From a bacterium (lineage in GTDB: Bacteria > Patescibacteriota > Saccharimonadia > Saccharimonadales > SZUA-47), in the NCBI GenBank assembly GCA_030428125.1, contig JAUIBF010000002.1:143910-207909 (forward strand): 64,000 nt of DNA. The letters run 5' to 3'. Below are positions 28,049 through 38,657 of the stretch, in pieces. The position numbers were made by a program, and so were the translations under genes. Numbering within the stretch: the first letter of the stretch is position 1; each line of letters begins with the position of its first letter. The notes under the pieces were generated by a model, which searched no databases, was not told the origin of the DNA, and was given only the letters and a program-made list of their open reading frames with translations.

Positions 28049-29125
28049 GTGGTGGCAGCAAGTAATCAACCAAGAATCGAAATCTTACTAGAGGAAGTTA
28101 TCAAGAAAAAAGCTTCCGACCTTCACCTGCAGGTGGGTTTGCAGCCTATGCTGCGTGTCGATGGTTCACTTGTGGCTGTATCAGGATCCGAAGTCTTAAC
28201 CGAAGAGATGGTAGAGAACTTAGTGTTTGCGATTCTTGATGACGATCAAAAGCAAATATTACTCAAAGATAAAGAGTTCGACTTCAGCTTTGCCTTTGGT
28301 GACCTAGGTCGGTTTCGTGTAAATGCTTTTCACGAACGGGGTAATTTAGCGGCCGCTCTACGTTTAATCCCTAGCGAAATTTTGACGATTGAACAGCTTG
28401 GATTGCCGCCAGTAGTAAATAAGTTCGCAGACTATCCAAGAGGCTTGGTACTAGTTACCGGCCCTACGGGTTCTGGTAAGTCGACAACTCTTGCAGCTCT
28501 TGTGGATAAGATTAATAGTGAAAAACCAGTACATATTATTACAATTGAAGATCCGGTTGAATTTACTCACAAGTCTAAAAAATCAGTGCTAGTACAACGT
28601 GAAGTTCACTATGATACATTTAGTTTCTCCGCAGCTCTTAGAAGCTCATTGCGTCAAGACCCTGACGTAGTGTTGATTGGTGAGATGCGTGACCTTGAGA
28701 CTATTGCTAGCGCTATTACTATTGCTGAGACAGGTCACTTGGTTTTCGCGACGCTACACACCAACTCTGCAGCTCAATCTATCGATCGTATGATCGATGT
28801 TTTTCCGCCTCATCAGCAACCACAGATTCGTTCACAGCTCAGCAACATTTTGATGGGCATTTGCTCACAAAGACTCATCCCGGCAATTGGTGGAGGAAGG
28901 TTACCGGCAGCAGAAATATTAGTAGCCACACCCGCTGTAAGGAACATTATCCGCGAAGGTAAAACTCACCAACTAGACGCTGTAATCCAAACCGGAGCAG
29001 AGTTTGGTATGCAGTCAATGGATAAGACCCTGGTCGGAATGATTCATGCTGGAACAATTAGTTATGACGAAGCACGTCAATATGCAGTTGATATTGAAGA
29101 GCTAGACAGGTTGATGAGGGGATAG
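28049..29125 (+). CDS. pilT: Type IV pilus retraction ATPase PilT
   Basis: ASDLHL, GPTGSGKSTT, AETGHLVFATLHT, AVRNIIREGK. Confidence 0.96.
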   Translation: MVAASNQPRIEILLEEVIKKKASDLHLQVGLQPMLRVDGSLVAVSGSEVLTEEMVENLVFAILDDDQKQILLKDKEFDFSFAFGDLGRFRVNAFHERGNLAAALRLIPSEILTIEQLGLPPVVNKFADYPRGLVLVTGPTGSGKSTTLAALVDKINSEKPVHIITIEDPVEFTHKSKKSVLVQREVHYDTFSFSAALRSSLRQDPDVVLIGEMRDLETIASAITIAETGHLVFATLHTNSAAQSIDRMIDVFPPHQQPQIRSQLSNILMGICSQRLIPAIGGGRLPAAEILVATPAVRNIIREGKTHQLDAVIQTGAEFGMQSMDKTLVGMIHAGTISYDEARQYAVDIEELDRLMRG

Positions 29126-29133
29126 TTAAGTAA

Positions 29134-30351
29134 ATGATTAGCTACAAGTACGAAGCTCGAGATCCAGCAACTGGTAAAAAAATTACCGGTGAAATTCAAG
29201 CTGATAGCGAAAAGTCTGTAGCCAAAGCCGTCAAGGACCAGGGTTATGCACTATTGTCGGTTAAGACCAAAGAAGGTACAAACCCCATAGAGAAGTTTTT
29301 AAAAGGTAGGATAAAGACAAAAGACAAAGTTATCTTTGCCCGTCAGTTATCAACTTTGATAAACGCGGGTTTGCCGTTGGTCCAGAGTTTGAGATCGGTG
29401 CAAGCACAAACCAAGAACGAAAAGATGAAAATAGTACTCGCTGACATCATAACTCGAATCGAAGGTGGTGTTGCATTTTCACAGGCTCTGGGGGCATATC
29501 CGGAGGTGTTTAATCAAGTGTTCGTTAGCTTGGTTGCCGCAGGTGAAACTTCGGGTACACTTGATAAGTCTCTAGAAAGAATCGCCAATCAGCAAGAAAA
29601 AGACGCTGAATTAATCAGTAAGGTTCGTGGAGCGATGATTTACCCGCTGATTGTATTGTTAGTTATGGCTGGCGTGGTTGGCTTTATGATTGTTGCAGTG
29701 TTGCCTCAAGTCAAAGAATTATATGAAGGTTTCGATGGCGCTCAACTACCATTTGTCACAATAGCGCTACTAGCTGTTTCAGATTTTGTAGTCAATTTCT
29801 GGTGGCTGATGCTGATAGTACTTGCTTTTATGGGTTTTGCAACTACTAGGTGGGCAAGAACAGCAGGAGGTAAATCAGCTATCGACAGTTTTAAGATAAG
29901 CGCTCCGTTAATAGGCCCACTTTTCAAGAAGTTGTATATGGCCAGGTTTGCTCGTACAGGTACAACGTTAGTTGCAAGTGGCGTTCCTTTAATTCAGACA
30001 TTAAATATAACAGGGAAGGCCATAGATAATGTGCTGGTGGAGAAATCTTTAGCAAAAGCTACAGAAAAAGTAAAAGGTGGTAAGGCTCTATCTACTGCGC
30101 TTGATGGAGACCCATATTTCCTAGAGCTAGTGCCACAGATGTTAAAAATCGGTGAAGACTCCGGATCAATCGAGCAAATGATGGAGCGGGTAGCTATATA
30201 TTTCGAAAAAGAAGTAGACGACGCCGTCAAGTCAATCTCAACTATTATCGAGCCAATCATGATGATCATCCTTGGTATAGTTGCCTTAGTTATCGTAGGG
30301 GCAATCCTTTTGCCAATCTACGGTCTGGTAGGTCAGGGGGTGTTTGGTTAA
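29134..30351 (+). CDS. pilC: Type IV pilus platform protein PilC (GspF family)
   Basis: FARQLSTLINAGLPL, AGETSG, AMIYP, IEPIM; duplicated T2SSF domains. Confidence 0.95.
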   Translation: MISYKYEARDPATGKKITGEIQADSEKSVAKAVKDQGYALLSVKTKEGTNPIEKFLKGRIKTKDKVIFARQLSTLINAGLPLVQSLRSVQAQTKNEKMKIVLADIITRIEGGVAFSQALGAYPEVFNQVFVSLVAAGETSGTLDKSLERIANQQEKDAELISKVRGAMIYPLIVLLVMAGVVGFMIVAVLPQVKELYEGFDGAQLPFVTIALLAVSDFVVNFWWLMLIVLAFMGFATTRWARTAGGKSAIDSFKISAPLIGPLFKKLYMARFARTGTTLVASGVPLIQTLNITGKAIDNVLVEKSLAKATEKVKGGKALSTALDGDPYFLELVPQMLKIGEDSGSIEQMMERVAIYFEKEVDDAVKSISTIIEPIMMIILGIVALVIVGAILLPIYGLVGQGVFG

Positions 30352-30430
30352 AAAAACTATTGCATCAAAAACGTAAGCGTATTAACATAATGTTATTAAC
30401 AAGTAATTTAAGCTAAAGAGGGCACCAAAA

Positions 30431-30985
30431 ATGTTAAACAGAATAGGTAAAAAATTAGGATACAAAGACGATGGTTTCACCATCATCGAAGTATTGATCG
30501 TTCTAGCAGTAGCTGGACTTATCATGGCTATTGTATTGATCGCAATTCCACAATTGCAGAGAAACCAACGTAACACAGCACGTCGTGAAATCATCGGTAG
30601 AATCAAGACAGAACTAGATTCTTATACTGGAAATAACAACGGTAGAATTCCTACTACCACAGGTGATTTAGACGCGGTATACAACAGATACTTAGGTTGT
30701 GCAGGTACTGCAGCAGCGCCAACACTGCCATGTGATGTAAACGTAGAAGATCCTTCAGAAGGAACTCCTGTCTTAATGGATCTTAGGTCTGGAATGACTG
30801 CACCATCAGCAGGATTAGCACCTTACCCACAAGCGGGTACTCCAGCGGCAGACGCACTTGGAGTTTCCTATTACGCTCCAGGGTTTACTTGTGACGGCGA
30901 AAGCTTAGTCGGAGGAGATGCTCGTAACTACGCAATGTGGATTGGTTTAGAGGGTGGAGCAATCTACTGTCTAGACAACGCTTAA
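30431..30985 (+). CDS. Type IV pilin, probably the major pilin
   Basis: G|FTIIEVLIVL class III signal; own promoter-like region and terminator. Confidence 0.88.
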   Translation: MLNRIGKKLGYKDDGFTIIEVLIVLAVAGLIMAIVLIAIPQLQRNQRNTARREIIGRIKTELDSYTGNNNGRIPTTTGDLDAVYNRYLGCAGTAAAPTLPCDVNVEDPSEGTPVLMDLRSGMTAPSAGLAPYPQAGTPAADALGVSYYAPGFTCDGESLVGGDARNYAMWIGLEGGAIYCLDNA

Positions 30986-31005
30986 AAGTAAGTAGCTTAA
31001 AGCTA

Positions 31006-31045
31006 AAACGGACACCATTAAATTACGGTGTCCGTTTGTCTTTTG
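31006..31045 (+). terminator. Intrinsic terminator after the pilin gene
   Basis: AAACGGACACC-loop-GGTGTCCGTTT followed by a T-rich tract. Confidence 0.75.
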
Positions 31046-31063
31046 TGCAATAATTAGTAACAG

Positions 31064-31873
31064 ATGATTTATAGTTTATTCTTTTTTATAATCGGTGCAG
31101 CTTTTGGTAGTTTTTCACTAGTGTTAGCTTGGCGTACCTACGCCAAGAAAGACTGGGTAAAAGATAGGTCTAAGTGTGACCACTGCTTCCATGAACTGCA
31201 GCCGGTTGATTTGGTCCCTGTTGTTTCATGGTTAGCGTTAAGAGGTAGGTGTCGCTACTGTAACAAAAGACTGCCCAAAACCTTGATTTTATCCGAACTT
31301 TTGATGGCCTTAGTGTTTTTACTGTCCTGGCACCAATTTAGTAGTAGCTATCAAGGAGAATCACTGCCAGTATTAGCTGGTTTATTGTCGGCTTGGTTGA
31401 TAGCAGCTGTAATCTTAAACGCGCTTTTCTGGTACGACTTGCGCTGGCAAAAACTCCCCACAAAGCTGATTATTCCGGTACTAGCGCTGGCAATCGTTTA
31501 TTGTGCATTCCTTATGCCTGTGGATGGTTTTAGCACATACCAAGACGTTCTATTGCCAATAGCTAGTGCCGCTTTGTTGTCTGGGTTGTTCGCAGGCTTG
31601 TTTTTTATTAGCAACGGCAAATGGATAGGTTTTGGAGATGTAAGGCTGGCACTGCCACTGGGCTTATTCCTGGGTAATCCATTAAATACGTGGCTAATGC
31701 TGTTTATGGCGTCTGTCCTTGGAATTCTTGTAGCCCTACCAGGAGTTGTAGGTAAAAATCGTAAACTAAGCTCTAAAATACCCTTTGGACCACTGTTAAT
31801 CTTTGCAACCTGGGCAGTAGTTTTATATGGAGATGTTTTAATCGAAAAATACACTTCGATATTAGGTCTGTAA
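31064..31873 (+). CDS. pilD: Prepilin peptidase
   Basis: RSKCDHC and GRCRYC zinc motifs, catalytic YD and GFGD, IPFGP. Confidence 0.93.
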   Translation: MIYSLFFFIIGAAFGSFSLVLAWRTYAKKDWVKDRSKCDHCFHELQPVDLVPVVSWLALRGRCRYCNKRLPKTLILSELLMALVFLLSWHQFSSSYQGESLPVLAGLLSAWLIAAVILNALFWYDLRWQKLPTKLIIPVLALAIVYCAFLMPVDGFSTYQDVLLPIASAALLSGLFAGLFFISNGKWIGFGDVRLALPLGLFLGNPLNTWLMLFMASVLGILVALPGVVGKNRKLSSKIPFGPLLIFATWAVVLYGDVLIEKYTSILGL

Positions 31874-31902
31874 CAGATAAAGCTTATGCTATAATTAGCC
31901 CT

Positions 31903-32766
31903 ATGAAGCGCTTGCCGGAGTATGGCTATACAATTCTCGAGGTTTTAATTTTCTTGATGATTACTGGGTTTATGTTTGCGACCGCAGTAGTGGCTATTAG
32001 CGGCACCCAGGAAAATGCTCAGTATTCTCAAGCAGTTCGAGATTTCGAAATACAAGTCAAAGATACCATAAATGACGTAGCTCACGGTTACTATCCAACA
32101 GGTACCCGGGGTAGATGCGTTGTGACGGCTGGAGGAGACGTAGACTTTGACGTTAATACCCCAGTAGAAGCGTCCCAAAACTCAGAATGTATAAACATAG
32201 GCAAAATACTAATGTTCAATCTGTCAAATATTAACGACGGATTTGGTTTAGGTACCATAGTCGGTAAAAACCCCGTGTTTAATGAGCCGCTTGATCTAGG
32301 TGTAGGAGATTTGCGTCCCATTCTGGCATACAAAGAAGATCCTGGTGGCCTAGGGACACCTGTTGATTTAACTGTACGTAAACCGCTGCGATATGGGGTG
32401 CAGGTAACAAAGATTGGCTCCGATTCAGTGCCTGCAGAAGAGTTTAGTTCACTCAGTTTTATTTCTGGGTTTAGTAATACTGCTCAAAACGCAGAGACTA
32501 GGGCTAGTGGTACACTGACAACAAGTGTTTATGGGGTGAAAGGCGCGCTTACTACTAGCGATACGCTTCTTGACTATAATGCTGAAATAGAAAGCCTAGA
32601 TAGTAGTGGAAACTATGAAGTAAATCCAGCTGATGGATTTTATTTATGCTTATTGACAGCAGACGACAGGAGAGCGAGAATAGTTATAGGAGTGGATGGA
32701 GTAGCTACTGCAACTAGAGCAGAGTTCGATATCGATAGCGTTGCCGATGGGGGAGTGTGCCCATGA
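31903..32766 (+). CDS. Minor pilin
   Basis: G|YTILEVLIFL prepilin motif. Confidence 0.82.
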   Translation: MKRLPEYGYTILEVLIFLMITGFMFATAVVAISGTQENAQYSQAVRDFEIQVKDTINDVAHGYYPTGTRGRCVVTAGGDVDFDVNTPVEASQNSECINIGKILMFNLSNINDGFGLGTIVGKNPVFNEPLDLGVGDLRPILAYKEDPGGLGTPVDLTVRKPLRYGVQVTKIGSDSVPAEEFSSLSFISGFSNTAQNAETRASGTLTTSVYGVKGALTTSDTLLDYNAEIESLDSSGNYEVNPADGFYLCLLTADDRRARIVIGVDGVATATRAEFDIDSVADGGVCP

Positions 32767-34667
32767 TAAAGCATAATCAACGTGGTGATACTATTATCGA
32801 AGTTTTGTTTGCCATGACAATTATTGCGCTTGTTCTTGCCGCAGCATATTCAGTTGCATCAAAAAACCTACAAGTTAGTCAATTATCAAAAGAACGAGTA
32901 CAGGCAACAGAACTTGCCGTAGGGCAACTTGATCAAATAAAAGCTCTGGATAACAAGCCTGCTAACGGAAGATTCTGCATAGATATAGAACAGAACCCCG
33001 GCATAATTTTAGAATCTGACACAGCAAACTACGACACGTATTGTGTCGATGAAAGATACACGAAACTAATAGAAAAGACTGACGAAAATAAATATAGGGT
33101 TGAAGTAAGCTGGACACCTCCTGATGGTAATGAGGATGCAGATACAAAAGTTGAGTTTTTCTATGATGATTATAACTTCAGCATAGTCGGTAGTTCAGAC
33201 GTATTGCTAGCCCTAGTATCGTCAACAGGTACCAGTGCTCAATTGGGCGTAACCGTACTTAACGACGACGATCCAGCTGCTTTACGTGGAATTGTTTACG
33301 GAACAAATCCTGATCCTGAGATTGGCGGGTCAGGTGTTATAAACAGTTCAGGCACTGGTTCGCCGTTTACTGTGACGATTTCATCACTCGACCCTGATAC
33401 AACCTATTATGTTCGTGCATATCTATATATTTCAGGTACACCAGTCTACAGTACTCCAGTGGCAATTAACGGGCAGGGGTTAGTCGGCATCGCACCTACA
33501 CTGGACCCAACCTCATACGCAGCTGCCACACTAACAGAAGATAGCGTTGAAGTAACAGGAACCGTAGTAGCCGACGGGGGCAGTAGTGTGATAAGTCAAG
33601 GAATTGCATATGGAACTAGTCCTAACCCATATATCTCAGATGGCTTTAAAAATGGAGGTACTCCAGGTACACCTTCATATTCATTCACGGCAACTCTAAA
33701 TGGTCTTCTGTCAAACACCACGTACTATGCCAGGGCTTATGCAGCTAACGAGAACGGAACAAGTTATGGTCAGCAAGTTACGTTTACTACGGACCCACTG
33801 TCTGCACCAGGTTATAGTCCGACAGGGACGTTGGATGGAAGCGTGTACTACCTATTCAACACACGACTTACTTGGGAGCAGGCTAATTCACAGGCGCAAT
33901 CATTGGGTGGTCACCTGGTGTCAATAACATCGCAGGAAGAAAACGATTTTGTGTCAAATATGGCAGGTGGAGAACGAATTTGGATTGGCTTTAATGATAT
34001 CGCCAACGAGGGTAACTGGCAATGGACCACCGGGGAATCTGCGAGTTACCAGAATTGGCGTACAACTCCGGTGGCTGAGCCAAACAATTCCGGAAGTGGT
34101 GAGCATGCAGCTGTAATGAACTGGAATGGAATAAGTTCCGGTGACTGGAACGACTGGGGACACAATAGCTCATCAGACACAGCTTGGTTTATCGTAGAAT
34201 TTGACTCATATTACTCGGGAGCGCCGTCGCCGTCCAAGAATATTAAAGGTAGCGACAACTATGAATGTATCACAGACCTCGGTGGTCCTTGTACCGAAGT
34301 AGGTAATAGTGTTTACGCGTGTAGAAATTATAAAGCAGACTTTATAATGGAGCCTCCAACAGGCAACGATTATACCGAACTGAAGCTCATATATGGTGAT
34401 TCTCCATTGTGTGGGGGGGCTCCTACTCCACCTGAAGGATCTTACGACTACGATGTCGATATTTACATTAATAACGTGCTTAACTCTACTCACACGCTAG
34501 CAAATAACGGCACGACCAATAACCTAGAAGCAATCTTGCCGTTGTCTGGATTGCCAGATGTCATAACAAGTGTTTCTGTTGAGTGGACAAACAACACACT
34601 AGTAAATGTTAGTGGAGTCAATTATAAACCCGATTTAAGAATTACTAACCTAACACTGCAGAAGTAA
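32763..34667 (+). CDS. Minor pilin fused to two Fn3-like domains and a C-type lectin domain
   Basis: G|DTIIEVL; LDPDTTYYVRAY and LLSNTTYYARAYA; TWEQA, GGHLVSI, WIGFND, EPNN, WND. Confidence 0.85.
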   Translation: MIKHNQRGDTIIEVLFAMTIIALVLAAAYSVASKNLQVSQLSKERVQATELAVGQLDQIKALDNKPANGRFCIDIEQNPGIILESDTANYDTYCVDERYTKLIEKTDENKYRVEVSWTPPDGNEDADTKVEFFYDDYNFSIVGSSDVLLALVSSTGTSAQLGVTVLNDDDPAALRGIVYGTNPDPEIGGSGVINSSGTGSPFTVTISSLDPDTTYYVRAYLYISGTPVYSTPVAINGQGLVGIAPTLDPTSYAAATLTEDSVEVTGTVVADGGSSVISQGIAYGTSPNPYISDGFKNGGTPGTPSYSFTATLNGLLSNTTYYARAYAANENGTSYGQQVTFTTDPLSAPGYSPTGTLDGSVYYLFNTRLTWEQANSQAQSLGGHLVSITSQEENDFVSNMAGGERIWIGFNDIANEGNWQWTTGESASYQNWRTTPVAEPNNSGSGEHAAVMNWNGISSGDWNDWGHNSSSDTAWFIVEFDSYYSGAPSPSKNIKGSDNYECITDLGGPCTEVGNSVYACRNYKADFIMEPPTGNDYTELKLIYGDSPLCGGAPTPPEGSYDYDVDIYINNVLNSTHTLANNGTTNNLEAILPLSGLPDVITSVSVEWTNNTLVNVSGVNYKPDLRITNLTLQK

Positions 34668-34668
34668 A

Positions 34669-35439
34669 ATGAAGATATTTAGTAAAAAGACCAGACTACA
34701 AAAACATCAACAAGGCTTCACTATTATTGAATTAATGATTTCAACAGTGATATTTTCACTGGTACTGTTGATATGCCTGCAGGGAATTGTACAGGTGACG
34801 AGGGCTTATTATAAAGGGGTGACGCAGTCGCGCACCCAAGAAGTCGCACGTAATTTACTGGATGAAATTACGCAAACCATCCAACTTTCAGGTTCAGTAA
34901 TAACCTTTGATGACCCTGCTGATTTCGGTCCGACAATAAACGTTACTCAAGTGTCACAAGGAATAGGTATTTTCTGCGCTGGAAATAAAAAGTATACCTA
35001 CGCGCTGGATAGGAAGGTCTCAGAGTCCACTAACGAGAATCTAAAAGAAATCAGAAATGCTATGATTGTCGAAGAGGAAGCCTGTACGAACACGCCAGAG
35101 CTAACATCCCCAGACATCCTGGACAGAGATGTGGGAACCAATTCAGTACCAACCAGGAGCCTGCTAGCAGAAAACATGCGCTTAACGGAGTTTAGGGTGG
35201 AAAAAACGACTCCTGGAGATGTAGACAGCGTCAAGGACGGTGCAGACTTATGGGAGATAAGTATAGGAATAGCCTATGGGGATCAGGACTTATTTTCGAC
35301 AGACAACCCCACAGATCCGTTTACGGGTACATACGAAGATGATTTTGGTGTAGAACGGGTAATATGCAAATCGGGTACAGGAGATGAGTTTTGTTCTATT
35401 ATTACTTTAAGTACAATAGTATCTAGGCGGATAGCATAA
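34669..35439 (+). CDS. Minor pilin (PilW-like)
   Basis: G|FTIIELMI prepilin motif. Confidence 0.82.
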   Translation: MKIFSKKTRLQKHQQGFTIIELMISTVIFSLVLLICLQGIVQVTRAYYKGVTQSRTQEVARNLLDEITQTIQLSGSVITFDDPADFGPTINVTQVSQGIGIFCAGNKKYTYALDRKVSESTNENLKEIRNAMIVEEEACTNTPELTSPDILDRDVGTNSVPTRSLLAENMRLTEFRVEKTTPGDVDSVKDGADLWEISIGIAYGDQDLFSTDNPTDPFTGTYEDDFGVERVICKSGTGDEFCSIITLSTIVSRRIA

Positions 35440-35441
35440 GC

Positions 35442-36482
35442 ATGAAAATTAACCTAAAAGACCTTCGTAAAAATGAAAATGGACTAGTATCAATAATGGT
35501 CGCTAGCCTTTTGATGGTAGTAATGGCGCTCATCACATTAGGGTTCACAAGAATAGTCCAAAATGAACAAAGGCAGGCGATAGATAATCAACTCAGTAAA
35601 CAGGCGTTCTATGCCGCTGAATCAGGTATTAATATTGCTGCCAGTGCTCCAGGATTTCCTGGCAATGTTGTAGTTGATGAATGCGATGTCTCACAGTATG
35701 GCAACGGGGAAGTTTCAAATAACGGGGATGTAGCATTCACGTGTATATTAATAAACCCTGAACCAGATGATTTAGTGTTCAGTAATGACTCTATAACTTC
35801 AAATAGATCTAAAGTCGTGCCAATAATACCTAGTGGCACAATCGACGAAATTATATTTGAGTGGGGCGATATTAATAGCGATAACGTCGCTAGTAACTGT
35901 GGTAACACAGACAATCTAGTTTTCGATAAAAAAGCAGAAGAATGGGATAAAATTTCCCCACTACGGCTAGATTTATACGCGATAACAGAGGGCTCTATAG
36001 ATAGAACTGAATTGATAAACTCGCAATTCAGTGCAATTTTTTATCCATGCAACAACACGGGCAGTACTACCATTAGTTACGCTGCTGGAAGGGGCTCCCC
36101 TGATGTAGGTAGAATTTATCCCGTAAATTGTCAAACAACCGGGCAGGAATACGAGTGCAGCATAACAATCAATAATGTTCCAGACACGATATCAGGGAGT
36201 AATGTCTCTAGATTTTATTCAAGATTCAACTCGGTCTATCGAGATATAAATGTGAGAATTAAGATGGAGGACTCTACAGGGGACCAGTTGCTATTTTCGA
36301 ACGCACAAGCCGTAGTTGACTCGACAGGCAGGGCAGTTGATGTGTTTAGGCGTTTGCAAGCCAGAGTGCCACTATATGATACCTACGTCACTCCTAATGC
36401 AACAATACAGACGGTTAATGATATATGTAAGCTTTACGATGTTAAAGAATCCTCGATAGACGACAATTGTTTAGGCCCATAA
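35442..36482 (+). CDS. PilX-like minor pilin
   Basis: G|LVSIM lacking Glu5; QAFYAAESGI. Confidence 0.8.
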   Translation: MKINLKDLRKNENGLVSIMVASLLMVVMALITLGFTRIVQNEQRQAIDNQLSKQAFYAAESGINIAASAPGFPGNVVVDECDVSQYGNGEVSNNGDVAFTCILINPEPDDLVFSNDSITSNRSKVVPIIPSGTIDEIIFEWGDINSDNVASNCGNTDNLVFDKKAEEWDKISPLRLDLYAITEGSIDRTELINSQFSAIFYPCNNTGSTTISYAAGRGSPDVGRIYPVNCQTTGQEYECSITINNVPDTISGSNVSRFYSRFNSVYRDINVRIKMEDSTGDQLLFSNAQAVVDSTGRAVDVFRRLQARVPLYDTYVTPNATIQTVNDICKLYDVKESSIDDNCLGP

Positions 36483-36497
36483 AAGCTTAGTTCAGTT

Positions 36498-37418
36498 CTA
36501 GTTTTTTCTATGAAACTTTTCATGCACTGCTTTAAGGTGTGGGTCTGTAACATGCGTATATATTTGGGTTGTACTTATATTGCTATGTCCAAGCATAGCC
36601 TGGACTGATCTTAAATCAGCACCATTCATAAGTAAGTCTGTAGCGAAAGAATGGCGTAGGGTATGAGGAGTTACTTTTTTGGTTATTCCTGCCAGAAGGG
36701 CATGACGCGCAACCAAACGCTGAACACTGCGAGTAGTTAATCTATAGTAGTTACCACTTAAATTAACTTTTTTTGTGCCACTATATCTAATGAACATCGG
36801 TTTAGAGTTATCTTGACGCTTATCTAGGTATAGTTTTAGCCAATGTACAGCATCATCGCTAATGAATATCGGACGATCTTTCTCGCCCTTACCACGAACC
36901 ATAAATTCCTTGCGTTTAAGGTTCACGTCCTCAACGTTCAGGTTTACTAGTTCCGAGACACGAAGCCCACTACTGAATAAAAGCTCCAAAATTGCCCTGT
37001 CCCTTAATCCGTTTTCTGTGTCAGTCTTTGGCGTAGCAAACAATCTATCTAGCTCCTCAGGATTTAAGAAAGTCACTTGCTTTCTCTTGGATTTAGCAAG
37101 CTCGATTTTATCTGCTGGCAGTGATTTTATGTCGCGCTTAGCACAAAACTTCAGGAAGCTTCTCAGGGCAATTAAATGGTAATTTAAAGTGTTCTTCTTT
37201 AACTCGTCTGATGTGTTGGTGCCAAGTCTGTTTAGCCATAGCCGCCACTTACGGACTAATTCAGCGTCTATTTCAGACACCTTGATATCTCCAGCATAGT
37301 CAACCAAACGGGTTAGGTAGTGGTCGTAATTCTGTATAGTTTTCTGGGATCGACCCTGTTCAATTTCTAGGTATTCCAGGAAATCGGTTTTTGTTTTTTG
37401 AAAGTTTGGACTAGCCAT
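36498..37418 (-). CDS. XerC/XerD-family tyrosine recombinase
   Basis: RDRAILELLFSSGLRVSEL, HTLRHSFAT, LGHSNISTTQIY. Confidence 0.93.
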   Translation of the reverse strand: MASPNFQKTKTDFLEYLEIEQGRSQKTIQNYDHYLTRLVDYAGDIKVSEIDAELVRKWRLWLNRLGTNTSDELKKNTLNYHLIALRSFLKFCAKRDIKSLPADKIELAKSKRKQVTFLNPEELDRLFATPKTDTENGLRDRAILELLFSSGLRVSELVNLNVEDVNLKRKEFMVRGKGEKDRPIFISDDAVHWLKLYLDKRQDNSKPMFIRYSGTKKVNLSGNYYRLTTRSVQRLVARHALLAGITKKVTPHTLRHSFATDLLMNGADLRSVQAMLGHSNISTTQIYTHVTDPHLKAVHEKFHRKN

Positions 37419-37506
37419 AAGCTTAATTGTAACATTATTGTGCGACGTGTGGGCAGGGGAGTCCCATATCTGTTACAATATGTCTAAATAACGGAGAAAA
37501 ATTTAT

Positions 37507-37971
37507 ATGGAACGAACACTGATTATACTCAAACCAGATGCCATCCAGAGGGGATTGAGTGGGGAAATCATAACTAGATTCGAGAAAAAAGGACTGAAGA
37601 TTATCGGTATGAAGATGATGCGCTTAGATAGCGCTTTGCTCAAAGCTCATTACTCACACCTAACAGATAAGCCGTTCTATAAAGGTTTGGAAGAGTTTAT
37701 GAAAAGCTCACCGGTTATAGCTTTTGCGCTAGAAGGTTATGAGTGTGTAAATTCGGTGAGAATAATTCTGGGCGCTACCAATCCCAGAGAAGCCGAAGCA
37801 GGAACTATTAGGGGTGATATGTCTATAGGAACGGGCAGAAACCTAGTGCATGCATCTGACAGCACAGAAAATGGCGAAAAAGAAGTTGGACGGTTCTTTG
37901 ATGACAATGAGCTATTCAGCTACGACAAATCAGAGTACATACACATCTACGAAGATTTTGAGCGAAAATAA
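37507..37971 (+). CDS. ndk: Nucleoside-diphosphate kinase
   Basis: ERTLIILKPDA, GTIRGD, NLVHASDS. Confidence 0.96.
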   Translation: MERTLIILKPDAIQRGLSGEIITRFEKKGLKIIGMKMMRLDSALLKAHYSHLTDKPFYKGLEEFMKSSPVIAFALEGYECVNSVRIILGATNPREAEAGTIRGDMSIGTGRNLVHASDSTENGEKEVGRFFDDNELFSYDKSEYIHIYEDFERK

Positions 37972-37976
37972 TTTTT

Positions 37977-38052
37977 TGGTGACCCGGGTAAGAGTCGAAC
38001 CTACAACCTTCTCCTTAGGACGGAGCTGCTCTATCCATTGAGCTACCGGGCC
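37977..38052 (-). tRNA. tRNA-Arg(CCT)
   Basis: Cloverleaf with encoded CCA; anticodon loop GT-CCT-AA (unusual G32 and a G27-A43 mismatch). Confidence 0.9.
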
Positions 38053-38123
38053 AAATCTATCTTATTCTAGACCGTTTGCCCTCAGTAGTAAAATTATAGA
38101 GCGTAATGAGTTAAACTAAGCAT

Positions 38124-38654
38124 ATGCCAGATAAACTGTTTCGCGATCAATATGATGACGAAGAAGTGCTCTATGTATTCCGAAAACATCCCGTGGTTAT
38201 GCGTAGAGGATTGATATTCTTCATGTTAGCAATACTAGCTGGAACAATTCCGTCCTTTATTAAGCCTGAACTGAGCTATTTTTATGGAGGTATTGGAGCA
38301 GGTTTTTTGTTAGGATGCCTGTTGATGACGCCATCCTGGATCTATTGGTATTTTAGTTTATTCATCCTGACCGACAAACGATTCGTCCAGATGACCCAAA
38401 AAGGATTTTTCAAGAGGAGCTTTTCAGATATCGGATTGAAACACATCCAATCAGTTAATTATCAAGTCGTAGGATTGCAAGAGACCCTGCTAGGATTTGG
38501 TACAATGGTAGTGCAAACTTACCTTGGTGATATTGTCATCCACGACATTCATCACCCGGAAAAAACATCGAAAGAAGTTTCAAAAATCTTGAGGGAATAC
38601 GGAAACATTCATGACGATATGGATGAACCACAAAAAATAAGTCATGAACGGTAA
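38124..38654 (+). CDS. Membrane protein with PH-like domain
   Basis: RKHP, two TMs, LTDKRFVQ...QKGFF, FGTMVVQT. Confidence 0.72.
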   Translation: MPDKLFRDQYDDEEVLYVFRKHPVVMRRGLIFFMLAILAGTIPSFIKPELSYFYGGIGAGFLLGCLLMTPSWIYWYFSLFILTDKRFVQMTQKGFFKRSFSDIGLKHIQSVNYQVVGLQETLLGFGTMVVQTYLGDIVIHDIHHPEKTSKEVSKILREYGNIHDDMDEPQKISHER

Positions 38655-38657
38655 TTT

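Noticed and set aside
36498..38052. Tyrosine recombinase near tRNA-Arg as a prophage or island integrase
   Set aside because: Xer-like size and motifs, housekeeping neighbours, no att duplication or phage genes seen
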